Made by a program: the position numbers and the translations under genes. Source: Eledone cirrhosa (taxonomy: Eukaryota). Taken from it: 54,989 nt of DNA. Every line of letters starts with the position of its first letter. Positions within the stretch are counted from its first letter, which is position 1. Below the pieces are notes generated by a model. That model was not told the origin of the DNA. It made no database searches and saw only the letters and a program-made list of their open reading frames with translations. The stretch covers positions 1 through 54,989 of the forward strand of contig CAXHJY010000887.1 in NCBI GenBank assembly GCA_964016885.1, given 5' to 3'. Positions 28,764 to 45,586 of the stretch are shown in pieces.

Positions 28764-28969
28764 GTGCGTTCGTTATTACGATATTCCGCCTAACTGCAGA
28801 GAAGTGAATAATACACATGACCAATGCTGCAAAACTCTTGAGTGTACACCGCTTCAGCCCCTCTGCTCAGATAGAATTAATACTTGCGTCAAATACGGTA
28901 AAATGGTTTGCTCGGACCCTATGTTTAAAGACTGGGCGATGGATAATTGTGCAAACTACTGCAACGTCT
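28764..28969 (+). CDS. Exon G: second half of a VWC-like repeat fused to ShKT-like domain 1 (CSDRINTCVKYGKMVCSDPMFKDWAMDNCANYCNV)
   Basis: tacAG / T|GTATGT, phase 2 to 1. The last Cys codon is split T|GT with the next exon. Confidence 0.9.
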
Positions 28970-29137
28970 GTATGTATTGTTTCTTATTTATCATTCACCA
29001 TACTTTCTTTATTATCGCACACGTGCACTAATTATATATATATATAATGAGTATATATACATACTTACATATACACACACAATATATATATATATATATA
29101 TATATATACTGAACGAGTAAATATATGTATATATATA

Positions 29138-29322
29138 TAATAGAAATGGCTTCAACAGGACAAGGACTGTTTCATTCGTATGAAATCATGGACATTCATG
29201 ATGATTTCATAAAAATGAAACAGTTCTTGTCCTGTCGGAGTCATTTCTATTTTAAATTTTAATGTTTTCATTCTACTAATGTATTGAGTACCTTATTTAC
29301 AGCGCTTTAACTCGGGCTTTAT
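29138..29322. mobile_element. Fold-back TA-flanked element with degenerate HHR (29190-29232)
   Basis: Arms 29139-29188 and about 29202-29251; ggaca..ATGATGA..GAAA cagt TC ttgtcc. Confidence 0.6.
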
Positions 29323-29827
29323 ACACACATATATACATACATGCACACACGCACAAAACTACATACACACATACATACATACATATATATAAACGATTCT
29401 CTCACATATGAAACACATCGATTAACCTACATTTTCTATGTGATTATAGGAGAAAAGATCCCATGGAGAGTTTTTATTAACTAAAAACAAACAAGTGAAA
29501 TAACTACAAAAAAAAAGCACCATCGCATGATTGAAGTATTTGATAATAGAGAAAACGTAGAATTGTTGGTGGATTTGGACTTTAAGACAAGTGTTGCATG
29601 TAACACACGTGTCAACTCAACAAAGTATATTCTATTCAGTTAGAAATATCAAGATAGGTCGATATAGAGAAAAATATAATGTAGCGAAGCTCAACAAAAT
29701 GAGTAAGGTTGTGAATAGCTCAAGGGGCATCAACGGCAACATTTGAAAGTTCAAAATTGCATTTACACTAGTGAGGCTTTGAGGTAATCAGAATTACGAC
29801 ACAAAGAAAAAACAACAAATGCTGTTG

Positions 29828-29870
<43 letters not shown>

Positions 29871-29899
29871 ACACATTATATATATATATATATATAGAA

Positions 29900-30077
29900 T
29901 GCGGTGGATTGGCAGTATCGGTAGAGGGTCGGACGCTATGCTTTGACGCACAGAGTTACGGCCCTTGCCATTCTGAGTTCAAATCCCGCCGAGGTTAACT
30001 TTGACTTTCACCCTTACGGGGTCGATAAAATAAAGTACCAGTAATGCTGGCTTTGTGCCAAACGTAGAAACAATTAT
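29900..30077 (+). mobile_element. SINE S1 within a (TA)n tract
   Basis: S1 consensus. Confidence 0.9.
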
Positions 30078-30159
30078 ATATATATATATATATAATAGTG
30101 GAACACTGGAGGGTTATATCCGTAGTAGTAGAGCACTCAGTCCATGGGACGAGTGAGGT

Positions 30160-30225
30160 AGAAGTAGTTCATCGAGCTGATGATCCGAATAGGGTGAAAC
30201 AATTGTTCTCGGTCTAACTACTTCT
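30160..30225 (+). ncRNA. Minimal type I hammerhead ribozyme, canonical core, no mirror copy
   Basis: gaagtagttc atcgag CTGATGA tccgaatagggt GAAA caattg TT ctcggt ct aactacttc. Confidence 0.85.
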
Positions 30226-30406
30226 CTCTCTCTATATATATATATATATAAAACAGTTCTGTTTACATGCCAACACAAGAGCAAGAATGAGGGGCTCAGT
30301 CTACTGACATGGCTTAAAAGAGGCTATTTGCATAAATGCAAGCGAATCGAATATTATTATTAATATTCGAAAAACTCAGATTACATTTATATATATATAT
30401 ATATTA

Positions 30407-30641
30407 TAGTAATAATAATATATTTGAAGACTAAAATCCAAAGAGTGCTAGATAAGGATAAATATGTATCAAATATATAAGAATCGTAGAGCAAATATTA
30501 ATTTAAATAAAAGATTAAAGTTTAAGCAAAGAATCGCTGCTTTCACCCTTAACGGGATCTTCTAAAACTGTTTCAGAATATCCCGTTAAGAGTGAAAGCA
30601 GCGATTCTTTGCATAACCTTTAATCTGTTATTTTAATAAAT
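30407..30641. mobile_element. Fold-back family H2, third copy
   Basis: Matches 11308-11540. Confidence 0.85.
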
Positions 30642-32450
30642 ATATATATATATTATATATATGCAAAAGTTTTATTTAAAATTGTTGGGTTACAACAAGT
30701 AAATATTTTATAACCGATATAAAGCACTCGACAAGTTTTTGGAGTAGATATACGATAGTAAACAAATGGAAACTATATTTATAAAACCATATTTATTTAA
30801 TTATACATATTTCAGGGATACCATATTAAAAATGGCATGCCTTCGACAGATAAAATACAATATATAAACTGTTTTATAAATAATTTTGACGTACCATAAA
30901 TATAAGCCACCATTAAGGTAGGAAGCTGGCTTGGTAGTGAGGTGTTTATAATTATTTAGTTATAGTGTTAAGCACAGTTAGAAAGAAAGACGGAGAGAAA
31001 GAATAAATGTATGTAAAGAAAAACAGAGAGAAATAGAGAGAAATAGGGGAGAGAGAAAGAAGGAGGGGGTGAGAAAAGAGAAGCAACCGAAGTCAACAGA
31101 TGAATAATAATAATTCACCATACAAATTAGAGAAGAGACGGAGAGAAAGAAAAAAAATGGAGATGACGAGAAAATAGAGAGAGAGAGAGAGAGAGAGAGA
31201 GGGGTGGGAGGAAAAGAAAGAGGGAGAAAAAATAATAATAATTATATAGGGGGAGGTGAAAACCAAGAGAGAAATAAGAGATAAATATGGGAGGCAAAGT
31301 CAAAACGACAGATACATAAACTTCATCATATATAAAGAGAGAGGAGAAGAAAGAGCTATATCTAGAGAGAGCGATGATAGAGTTACATCTTTACGTCATG
31401 TCCTATCAATTTGAATTATCAATTCATATGAACTGGGTAATATAATGTAAATATCAATATTCATGAATGAGACATAGATATATAATGTGTGAAAATAATT
31501 TTGCTCAATAATGTCCATATGTTTAGTTTAAAACTCTGAGGTCAATGTACCAAAATCTGAGATAAAACTTCAAAAAAATTACCCTATTTATAAATACATA
31601 CACACGCATATGCACTTTCTGAAAAAAGAAAAGGATAAAGAGAAAGTCATGTCAAGCTCTAGTCGATAATACAGACTCACACATGACTTTACGTGATCAG
31701 CTCTATAATTTCTTGTGTCATAAAAAAATTTCCTTGTGTTATAAAAAATTTCACTATATATATATATATATAAATAAACGATTAATATTCAAGCCCTCAC
31801 TGATTATCGTTCATGTATATAATATTATGCATATCTGTAACATATACAGAACTATACCTACATATATATATACATATATATGTATACACAAGATATCTGC
31901 GTGAGTGTTCCAGCATCTCTATGCACACATACAGGCACATGAACAGATAAAATATACTCTGTAATCTTTCCATATGCATGTTAATACATATGGCCTTTGT
32001 ATAGAAATAACCAGATATCAATACATCAGCACGGAAATATCAAAACGTTAAAAATATTTTCAACACACTCTAGGGTATCTCAGGCCATAAAAACAGTATG
32101 CCTCATATATTTACCACAGAAATCTATCCTTCCAATTTTTTCAGACAATATATTGCAAAGTTCTTTAGAGGCAATCAGAATCAGAAAGCAAATAAAAAAC
32201 CAAAAATTATTTAACAAAAATTATTTAAAGGATTTAGAAGACCCTGTGGTTCTACGGATACTCTTATATTTAGTATAGAAATTTATCTTGCGTAAAATCT
32301 ATTTAATACATTGGGAGCATCTACATTTTAGAGTAGTTTAATTACATCATTTGTTTATATTTATGAAGAAGGTTTAAAAGAAAAAGTTGAAGGAATCGAA
32401 AGATTTATCGTCAGGTTTCATATATTAATTAAATTTCTTAATTAATTATA

Positions 32451-32697
32451 CTACATTTTAAATTTATATTTATATTTAAACGTTGAGTTCAATCTATGTC
32501 TGCAGCAACTGAATAAATTGCTCCTTAGATTAAGGGAATTTTTGGATTTTAATATAAAGAATATCTCCTCCACACAGAGATCACATGTCTCAGATGAGGA
32601 ATTAAAAGGAATCCCTCTTGAGACAATATTCAAAAACATCGAATACCCGACATTATCACGTTTAAGTTGCCAGAGTAAGCTTGATAGCGAAGTTTCT
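32451..32697 (-). pseudogene. C-terminus of Penelope-like GIY-YIG endonuclease (Neptune/Naiad-like)
   Basis: TSLSSLLWQLK..GIPFNSSSETCDLCVEEIFFI..LNLRSNLFSCCRH matches the T-LS-W-LK / CxLC-E / LN-R / CRH signature. Confidence 0.8.
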
Positions 32698-32769
32698 CTC
32701 TTATTTCTCTCTTGGTTTTCACCTCCCCCTATATAATTATTATTATTTTTTCTCCCTCTTTCTTTTCCT

Positions 32770-32844
<75 letters not shown>

Positions 32845-33159
32845 TTTCCGTCATCTCCATTTTTTTTCTTTCTCTCCGTCTCTTCTCTAATTTGTATGGT
32901 GAATTATTATTATTCATCTGTTGACTTCGGTTGCTTCTCTTTTCTCACCCACTCCTTCTTTCTCTCTCCCCTATTTCTCTCTATTTCTCTCTGTTTTTCT
33001 TTACATACATTTATTCTTTCTCTCCGTCTTTCTTTCTAACTGTGCTTAACACTATAACTAAATAATTATAAACACCTCACTACCAAGCCAGCTTCCTACC
33101 TTAATGGTGGCTTATATTTATGGTACGTCAAAATTATTTATAAAACAGTTTATATATTG

Positions 33160-33223
33160 TATTTTATCTGACGAAGGCATGCCATTTTTAATATGGTATC
33201 TCTGAAATATGTATAATGAAATA
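33160..33223 (+). ncRNA. Minimal type I hammerhead in the pLTR (mirror with mutated core CTGTCGA at 30794-30857, - strand)
   Basis: tattttat CTGACGA aggcatgccat..atggtatctct GAAA tatgta TA atgaaata. Confidence 0.8.
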
Positions 33224-33313
33224 AATATGGTTTTATAAATATAGTTTCCATTTGTTTACTATCGTATATATTATATATATATTTATATATTATATATATA
33301 TTTATATATATAT

Positions 33314-33354
<41 letters not shown>

Positions 33355-33758
33355 AAATTTAGTACAGCATCAACGAAGCCATGGTTGCAGCCTAGCTAAC
33401 GAATGCAGTTTCGGTGTGCAGCTAAGCACGCGATAGGGTATATCACCCTAGAGTTATAACATTACGTTTATACAGCTTTGCAAAATGAAGACAGCGACCG
33501 ATAGAAGGGCCGAAGAGACCATAGCAATGAAAAAGACTGAACACAGAAAAAGTTATATTTTAATAAATATATATATACATATATACATATAAATATATAT
33601 ATATAAATATATATATATAAATATATATACATATATACATATAAATATATATATTTATATATAAATATATTTAGATATATACATATAAATATATATATAT
33701 ATATATAAATATATATACATATATACATATAAATATATATATATATATATAAATATAT

Positions 33759-33789
<31 letters not shown>

Positions 33790-33792
33790 TAT

Positions 33793-34365
33793 GTAGATAA
33801 ATCTACCAAGAGTTTACGGTAGTGTCCAATCCGTATGAAGAACTCAATGTAATCCGGATATCATGGAAAGAAGAGATGCAATGAAAAATCACTTTCGGTG
33901 AAAGATAAACGGAATACAGAGTCAAGATAAAATATTAAAAAAATAATGAATAAAACAATGAAACAGTTCCTTATATTAAACAAAAAAAGTTCATTATTTA
34001 ACGATCGTTACTAGGATATATATGTGTTAGAATTGGCATGCATATTCAACAGATCTATGTACAAAATTATACAAAATTATACAAACTATCAAAATTAAAT
34101 ATACTTACCAAACACATATATATGCCATCTTCAGAAATAATTATGATTAGATTATAATCAGATTATTTCTGAAGACTGCATATATATGTGTTTGGTATGG
34201 ATATTTAATTTTGATAGTTTGTATAATTTTGTATAATTTTGTACATAGATCTGTTGAATATACATGCCAATTCTAACACATATATATCCTAGAAACGATC
34301 GTTAAATAATGAACTTTTTTTGTTTAATATAAGGAACTGTTTCATTGTTTTATTCATTATTTTAA
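33793..34365. mobile_element. Fold-back TA-inserted element, family H7
   Basis: Arms about 33938-34141 and 34162-34363. Confidence 0.9.
34162..34310 (+). ncRNA. Type I hammerhead with a very long (116-nt) stem II
   Basis: attattt CTGAAGA [atatatatgtgtt..tggtatg..catgcca..aacacatatatat] GAAA cgatcg TT aaataat. Confidence 0.78.
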
Positions 34366-34546
34366 AAATATTTTATATATATATATATATATAAATATAT
34401 ATACATATATATATAAATATATATACATATATTCATATATATATATACATATATATATACATATATATATATATACATATGTATAAATATATATACATAT
34501 ATATATATATACGTATATATATATATATACACATATATATATATAT

Positions 34547-34657
<111 letters not shown>

Positions 34658-34730
34658 CATATATATACATATATAAATATATATACATATATATATATAT
34701 ATACATATATATATACATATATATATATAC

Positions 34731-34763
<33 letters not shown>

Positions 34764-34799
34764 CGTATATATATATATACATATATATATATATAAATA

Positions 34800-35363
<564 letters not shown>

Positions 35364-35830
35364 TATATATATTTATATTTATATATATATATTTATATAT
35401 ATATATATTTATATATATATATATTTATAAATATATATATTTATATATATATATATTTATATATATATTTATATATATATATTTATATATATATATATAT
35501 ATTTATAAATATATATATTTATATATATATATTTATATATATATATTTATATATATATATTTATATATATTTATATATATATATTTATATATATATATTT
35601 ATTTATATATATATTTATATATATATATTTATTTATATATATATTTATTTATATATATATTTATTTATATATATATATTTATATATATATTTATTTATAT
35701 ATATATATTTATATATATATTTATTTATATATATATATTTATATATGACTGCTAGAGTGAACCTCTTCAAATGAAGTTGATGTTTATTACGGTATGTCGA
35801 ATATATTTATCTATAAAACTGTTTATATTG

Positions 35831-35896
35831 TATTTTGTCTGATGAAGGCATAGCATATTGTTAATATGATATCCCCGAAATATATATAATGAAATA
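35831..35896 (+). ncRNA. Minimal type I hammerhead, diverged H1 copy (element about 35746-35939)
   Basis: tattttgt CTGATGA aggcatagcatatt..aatatgatatcccc GAAA tatata TA atgaaata. Confidence 0.8.
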
Positions 35897-35939
35897 AATA
35901 TGGTTTTATAAATATAGTTTTCCATTTATTTAATATTGT

Positions 35940-38874
<2,935 letters not shown>

Positions 38875-39447
38875 ATTGTTATACTTAGGGAGGGTCATGT
38901 TGCAATAAGAAACACACGCACCAGTTGCTTTCACTTCAATTTAATTTATTAAATATTTATAAATTTACAAATTTATAAATTTCTGGTTGGTCGGTTGGTT
39001 CCACAACCAGATAGTTGTTTATATATATATAGTCATAGTTCTTTCGTCACACACTCTGTGACCTCTTCAGTGACTGGGGATTTCTTTCTTCGTTTCTGTG
39101 CCTTTCCTTTCTTCTATCCTACGCCATTTTTCTGGCGTAGGATAGAAGAAAGGAAAGGCACAGAAACGAAGAAAGAAATCCCCAGTCACTGAAGAGGTCA
39201 CAGAGTGTGTGACGAAAGAACTATGACTATATATATATAAACAACTATCTGGTTGTGGAACCAACCAACAACCAACCAGAAATTTATAAATTTGTAAATT
39301 TATAAATATATAATAAATTAAATTGAAGTGAAAGCAACTGGTGCGTGTGTTTCTTATTGGCAACATGACCCTCCCTAAGTATAACAATATCGGTTTCAAC
39401 ACACGATTTCAGATAAAGAATCTTGCTAACAAATTCAGAAACGAAAT
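38875..39447. mobile_element. Fold-back TA-inserted element, family H9, with about 250-bp arms
   Basis: 38875-39126 is near-perfectly inverted at 39133-39389. Confidence 0.9.
39184..39228 (+). ncRNA. Minimal type I hammerhead (mirror 39031-39075, - strand)
   Basis: agtca CTGAAGA g gtcac-agagtgt-gtgac GAAA gaac TA tgact. Confidence 0.82.
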
Positions 39448-39572
39448 ATATATATATATATTTATATATATATATATATATTTATATATATTTATATATA
39501 TATATTTATATATATATATTTATATATATATATATACATTATATATATATATTTATATATAATATATATATT

Positions 39573-39605
<33 letters not shown>

Positions 39606-39757
39606 ATATATATAAATATATATATAAATATATATATATATATAAATATATATATATATATTTATATATATATATATTTATATATATATGTATATTTATA
39701 TATATATGTATATTTATATATATATGTATATATATATATATATTTATATATATGTAT

Positions 39758-39793
<36 letters not shown>

Positions 39794-39812
39794 TATATAT
39801 ATATTATATATT

Positions 39813-39843
<31 letters not shown>

Positions 39844-40184
39844 TTATATATATATTTATATATATATTTATATTATATATATTTATATTATATATATTTA
39901 TATTTAATTATATATATTTATATTTACTTATAAATATATATATTTATTTATATATATATATTTATTTATATATATATATATATTTATTTATATATATATA
40001 TATATTTATATATATATAATTATTTATATATATATTTATTTATATTATATATATATATATATTTATTTATATATATATTTATTATATATATATATATATA
40101 TATTTATTTATATATATAATTATTTATATATATATTTATTTATATATATATATATATTTATTTATATATATATATATATTTATT

Positions 40185-40274
<90 letters not shown>

Positions 40275-40321
40275 TTATATATATATATTTATATATATAT
40301 ATACATTTATATATATATATT

Positions 40322-40370
<49 letters not shown>

Positions 40371-40495
40371 ATTTATATATTTATATATATATATTTATAT
40401 ATATATATATTTATTTATATTTATATATATATATATTTATATATATTTATATATATATTTATATATATATATATATTTATATATATTTATATATT

Positions 40496-40526
<31 letters not shown>

Positions 40527-40766
40527 ATATATTTATATATTTATATATATATTTATATATATATTTATATATATATTTATATATATTTATATATATATAT
40601 ATAAACGTATATATTTATATATATTTATATATATTGATATATATATATATATAAACGTATATATTTATATATATTTATATATATATAAACGTATATATAT
40701 ATTTATATATATTTATATATATTAAACGTATATATATATATATATATATTTATAAAGATATAAACG

Positions 40767-40803
<37 letters not shown>

Positions 40804-40838
40804 AAACGTATATATATATTTATATATATATATAAACG

Positions 40839-40871
<33 letters not shown>

Positions 40872-40982
40872 AAACGTATATATATATATATTTATATATA
40901 TATAAACGTATATATATATATATATATTTATATATATTATAAACGTATATATATATATATATATTTTATATATATATAAACG

Positions 40983-41014
<32 letters not shown>

Positions 41015-41807
41015 ACGTATATATATATATATTTATATATATATAAACGTATATATATTTATATATTTATATATATATAAACGTATATATATTTATATAT
41101 TTATATATATATAAACGTATATATATTTATATATTTATATATATATAAACGTATATATATTTATATATTTATATATACATAAACGTATATATATTTATAT
41201 ATACATAAACGTATATATATTTATATATACATAAACCTATATCTATTTATATATACATAAACGTATATATATTTATATGCATATATATGCATATATATAT
41301 ATATATGCATATACATATATATGTGTATATACATATATTTATATGCATATATGTGTATATACACACGTGTATATATTTAGATATATTTATATAAACGTAT
41401 AATCCATAAATACGTATATACACAGATATATGAGGAACGAAATTATGCATTTTTGAACAAGTCAACTTGTAATCTACTTTAATTAAACTATACTAGTAGA
41501 AATATGGAGAGAAATCTGAAGAAGGAGCAAGAGATACAACATTGTGTATTGTATCAAGTATGAGTTGTATTAATAATATGGAGGATGAGACAATTTAGTA
41601 AGAAACAAGCGCAATGAAAACGACAAGCTAGCTTGGTTCAATCTCTTAAGTAGATATAAATTGAGTTGAATTGGATCATACATACTGAAATGGGTGTCAA
41701 ATTTGTTCCGATATATTCCTTCGTGTTTAATCGAAGCAGCAACATCCAATGAAATATTTAGCCAATCAGTTTGAGTTTAAATTCTATTATTGTCTATATT
41801 TTAACAG

Positions 41808-41855
41808 GTGGCGTCACACGACCGACTATTCTAGAAACAACAACAGCTTATTCAG
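41808..41855 (+). CDS. Exon H: Thr-rich linker (CGVTRPTILETTTAYS)
   Basis: ttttaacAG / CAG|GTAACC, 48 nt, phase 1-1, completes the sixth Cys of ShKT1. Confidence 0.8.
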
Positions 41856-42403
41856 GTAACCTGATTTTAATGCCTTCACGTGCTTAGAATTTTCATGTAG
41901 ACGTTTTTCATTCGACATATGATATAATCACATATTATAACGTCGGATAGAATGGTTCTTTTTGGTATTCGTTCCGATTTTCTGATGTCTGAGTTCAAAT
42001 CCCACCGAGGTCAACTTTGCCTATCATCCTTTTGAGGTCCATAAAAAAGTACCAGCCTATGACTGGAGTCGATTCTTCCTCTATATCTCTTTTTCATTTC
42101 CTCTCTCGCACTTTCTATCTTTCTCTGGAAGAAATCTGTTGTACTCGGGCCTAGAGAAGGGTGGGCTCCAGCAAGCTTAAAATGCCGAAGAAACGAGGTA
42201 TGTCAATACAGTGCCCCTACAATTCTATCAGGAGTTACAGGACCGACCGACGATACATACATAGTCACGTATTATAAATAATATTTCATTCACTCTCACA
42301 CACAAACTGATCTCTCTATCTATTTGCCAGACTGCCTGTCTTTCACACATCCACACCCAGCCCTATGTATATATGTATATATATATCAACTAGAAATCGA
42401 TTT

Positions 42404-42437
<34 letters not shown>

Positions 42438-42494
42438 TTATATATATATATATAAGAAATAGGATTTCGCTTCAAGCATAGCTTTATACAATAT

Positions 42495-42894
42495 GTATAA
42501 ATATTTCGTATCTCCAAAGAAATACGGTTTAGGAAGCCGTAGCTATGCAAAGACCGGGGGGCTAACGCCCTCTGGTGATGTCCAGAAGAAGCAAGAGGGA
42601 CAACCGTCTATGCATTTCAGGTTTAACTTATAAGTTGAACCAACTTATGCAGCTTCATATGCAAATGAGATTAATCATCTCATTTACACAGACAAGAAGA
42701 GTATATATTCTCGCCTGTCTTCTAGTCCAGCAGTCGCAAGCGGTGGGAGAGACCGTTCTGACGAAGGCCAGTTAAGCCTGAAATGCATAGCTTGTTGTCC
42801 CCCTTGCTTCTGCTGGACATCACCAGAGGGCGTTAACCCCCGGTGTTTGCATAGCTACGGCTTCCTAAAACTGTATTTCTTTGGAGATACGAAA

Positions 42895-42902
<8 letters not shown>
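42495..42902. mobile_element. Fold-back element, family H10
   Basis: Diverged arms about 42496-42630 and 42770-42902. Confidence 0.8.
42752..42796 (+). ncRNA. Minimal type I hammerhead
   Basis: accgtt CTGACGA aggc-cagttaa-gcct GAAA tgca TA; the intact stem I partner (gacggt) survives in the mirror arm. Confidence 0.75.
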
Positions 42903-42939
<37 letters not shown>

Positions 42940-43084
42940 AACATATGAAACAATCACAGGGGATAATTTGTAAAGAATGTAAGCACACACAGCTAGGTAG
43001 GTAACTAATTAAAGTTTAACGAGAACTTGATATATAGATATCTTTTACTGCCAATCCACCGCCCTTCCCCCATGTATCTTCAAA

Positions 43085-43274
43085 TAATTGTTTCTACTTT
43101 AGGCACAAGGCCAGCAATTAACCAGTGCATTACTGGTACTTTATTTTATCGACCCCGTAAGGATAAAAGGCAAAGTCAACCTCGGCGGGATTTGAACTCA
43201 GATCGTAAAGGGACGTAACTATGTTGGAAAGCATGGCGTCCGACCCTCCACCGATACTGCCAATCCACCGCCCT
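43085..43274 (-). mobile_element. SINE S1 with TSD tgtatcttcaaataat
   Basis: TSD at about 43074-43089 and 43275-43290. Confidence 0.9.
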
Positions 43275-43351
43275 TGTATCTTCAAATAATGAATTCACAT
43301 TAATGTTATCAATTATAATTGAGCATACTCCAACTACTATCTAATTTTCAG

Positions 43352-43462
43352 TGGGTGTTTGTCGAGATCAGGTGAACTGCAGTAAATTTAAATTTGATCC
43401 CTGCGACCGAAATCTGCGTAGCTGGGCTGTGACGAATTGTCCTGACCATTGCAACCTTTGTG
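43352..43462 (+). CDS. Exon I: ShKT-like domain 2 (CRDQVNCSKFKFDPCDRNLRSWAVTNCPDHCNLC)
   Basis: ttttcAG / G|GTAAGT, phase 1-1, six-Cys ShK spacing ending C-x3-C-x2-C. Confidence 0.92.
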
Positions 43463-43496
43463 GTAAGTATAAATTTAATTTGAAATTAGAAACAGT

Positions 43497-43783
43497 TGAG
43501 GTGCGTGGACAAGTGGTAAGGGTGTTCGACGTACGATCATAATATTGCAGGTTCGGTTCTTGGACTGGGTTCTGTTGTGTTCTTGAGCAAAACACCTCAT
43601 TTAACGTAGCTCCAGTATATGCAGCTGAAAATGAATACCAGCAATAGGTGGGAAGTTAACCCTGCGATGGACAGGCGTCCTGTCCAGGGGATTGGAAGTC
43701 ATGTTCTCTCAGTCGCTTAACACCCCGAAAACCGGGATAAGCACCGGTCTGATGAGCCTCAGGGATCATGACAGACTTGAGAC
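43497..43783 (+). mobile_element. tRNA-derived SINE S2 with CORE-like centre
   Basis: gtggacaagtggtaag head, caggttcggttc B-box-like, cttgagcaaaacacctcat..gctccagt..cagctgaaaatg centre. Confidence 0.8.
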
Positions 43784-45221
43784 TTTTTTTTATACCGAAA
43801 CATTAGGGACTACAAAAATTTGCTACTTGAAAATTATACAATACTTAATGGAATCATAATTTTGGCAAAATATAATACGCCAAATTTTAACACCCTACAA
43901 AATGTGTAAATAAAAATATAACATCACTAACCATTACTTCATGCAGAAAATGAGACCATAAAGATCTAGAAATGTTGTTGTATTAGGTTGTATGTGTGGA
44001 ATTGTATGCATTTTTTTCAACTGGTTTTGTTGTTTATGTCGGATCTTTATGGGCCCTGTTATGTTTCTCTTTGTGAAGCAGAGAATGAATTTAATCCATG
44101 GAGATGGTGCCCCAGCACAGCTGCAAACTATTGAAAGAAAACTATATGCAATGAGCATTCCCAGCAAAAGATATATAGCCCTAGTCTATGTCCATATCAG
44201 TACCGGTTTAGAGAATATCATTGATGAAAGATTAACGAATCTTGAAGCAGCGCTGTCTGTCATTCTGGAAAGTTACTGAAAAAATATACACCCGATTATG
44301 CTTAAAGGTGTCTTAGTGCTGCTGACAATTCAATTATGTATATATGTATGTACACACAGGCATTCCACAATAGAACTAACTAAAATTATTAATAATGGTA
44401 TATCGTGCAATGGCCATACTCGATAACGAGGGGGCAGCCATCATGTATGTATGTATGCGTGCGTGTGCGCGAGCGCACAGAAATATCAAAAATGAAAACT
44501 AAGGCCTTTATTTTCTAACACATGTTGATAATGGAGATTGAGCAAGGAATTACTTCTTTTTCTCTCTTTTGTTTTGATTATCTTTATAGAAATAACATTT
44601 ATTCCTCTCTTTTTCCTCATGTTTGTTCGTTTTCAGTTTACCTGCCTTGTAGCCAGCCTCCTTGGCTACTAATTCTACTACCACGTTATTACTATTGTTG
44701 TTGTTTTGGATCTTCATTTTCTCCTTTATTAAACACAAAACTAATCTAACGTACGATGCGCTAATTAGCAATTATATTAGAAGAACAGAGAATAATACCA
44801 AGATCTCAGTCTGGCTGCAAGGTTTAATTTGAATTGTTTCTTTATATTAATTCAGAGGGAAGCAAGCGTTGGGTTGAAAGTGTCCATGTAAACAATGGTA
44901 GATTTCGACAAATACCGTTATAGTTATTTGGTAAAGGTTACTTATACCAATTGGGGAATTGCAGAGATGATGTAAAAAATGTGAGGACTCGTGTTGCTTC
45001 TGGAGTTTGGAGTTTGGGATTGAAAAGAAGTTTATTTCGTTTATCTTTAAGTTATCAATTCTCCAGTCTCGCTCAACTCATCATTGACTCAGGCCTGAAT
45101 GAATGGAATAATCACTAAAACGGTTGCAAGGGTTATGTATTGCAATAATTTCCCTTAGCATATTTCTGAAATTTTCAAAACATAATCTAAATGTATGAAA
45201 ACTAATATATATATATATATA

Positions 45222-45545
45222 TTAGAAAGTGAGGTTTTTTTACAAAATGAAAAATACCGAGGTGTCCTACACGAGTGAAAGTATAAAGAAAAAAGATGAA
45301 ATCGAAAATGCAGCTGGAGTCTTATTTTAAAAATAATATATATATTTATTTGGTTCCTTTACCGTTTCGCAGTTCTGCTTTTCAAAAGTAGAGTTGAGAT
45401 GGAGGGTCTGTCAGAAAACCCACAGACCCTCCATCTCAACTCTACTTTTGAAAAGCAGAAGAACTGCGAAACCGGTAAAGGAACCAAATAAATATATATA
45501 TTTTTTTAAAAATAAGACTCCAGTTGCATTTTCGATTTCATCTTT

Positions 45546-45546
<1 letters not shown>
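45222..45546. mobile_element. Fold-back element, family H11
   Basis: Arms about 45289-45411 and 45422-45546. Confidence 0.88.
45445..45480 (+). ncRNA. Minimal hammerhead, U3:A8 variant
   Basis: ctt TTGAAAA gcag-aagaa-ctgc GAAA ccgg TA aag; stem I is only 3 bp. Confidence 0.65.

Positions 45547-45586
<40 letters not shown>

Larger units (their letters stand above)
30662..33270 (-). mobile_element. 5'-truncated Penelope-like retroelement with inverted pseudo-LTR (family H1)
   Basis: About 530-bp inverted arms 30749-31281 and 32698-33269 enclose an endonuclease remnant; each arm carries an HHR. Confidence 0.85.

Noticed and set aside
33475-33530. ATGAAGA..GAAG hammerhead-like words
   Set aside because: Both core halves mismatch and the stems are unconvincing.
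43726-43760. GAAA..ccggTCTGATGAG resembling a hammerhead
   Set aside because: It is part of the S2 SINE tail, and the topology leaves no stem I between the cleavage site and CUGAUGA.
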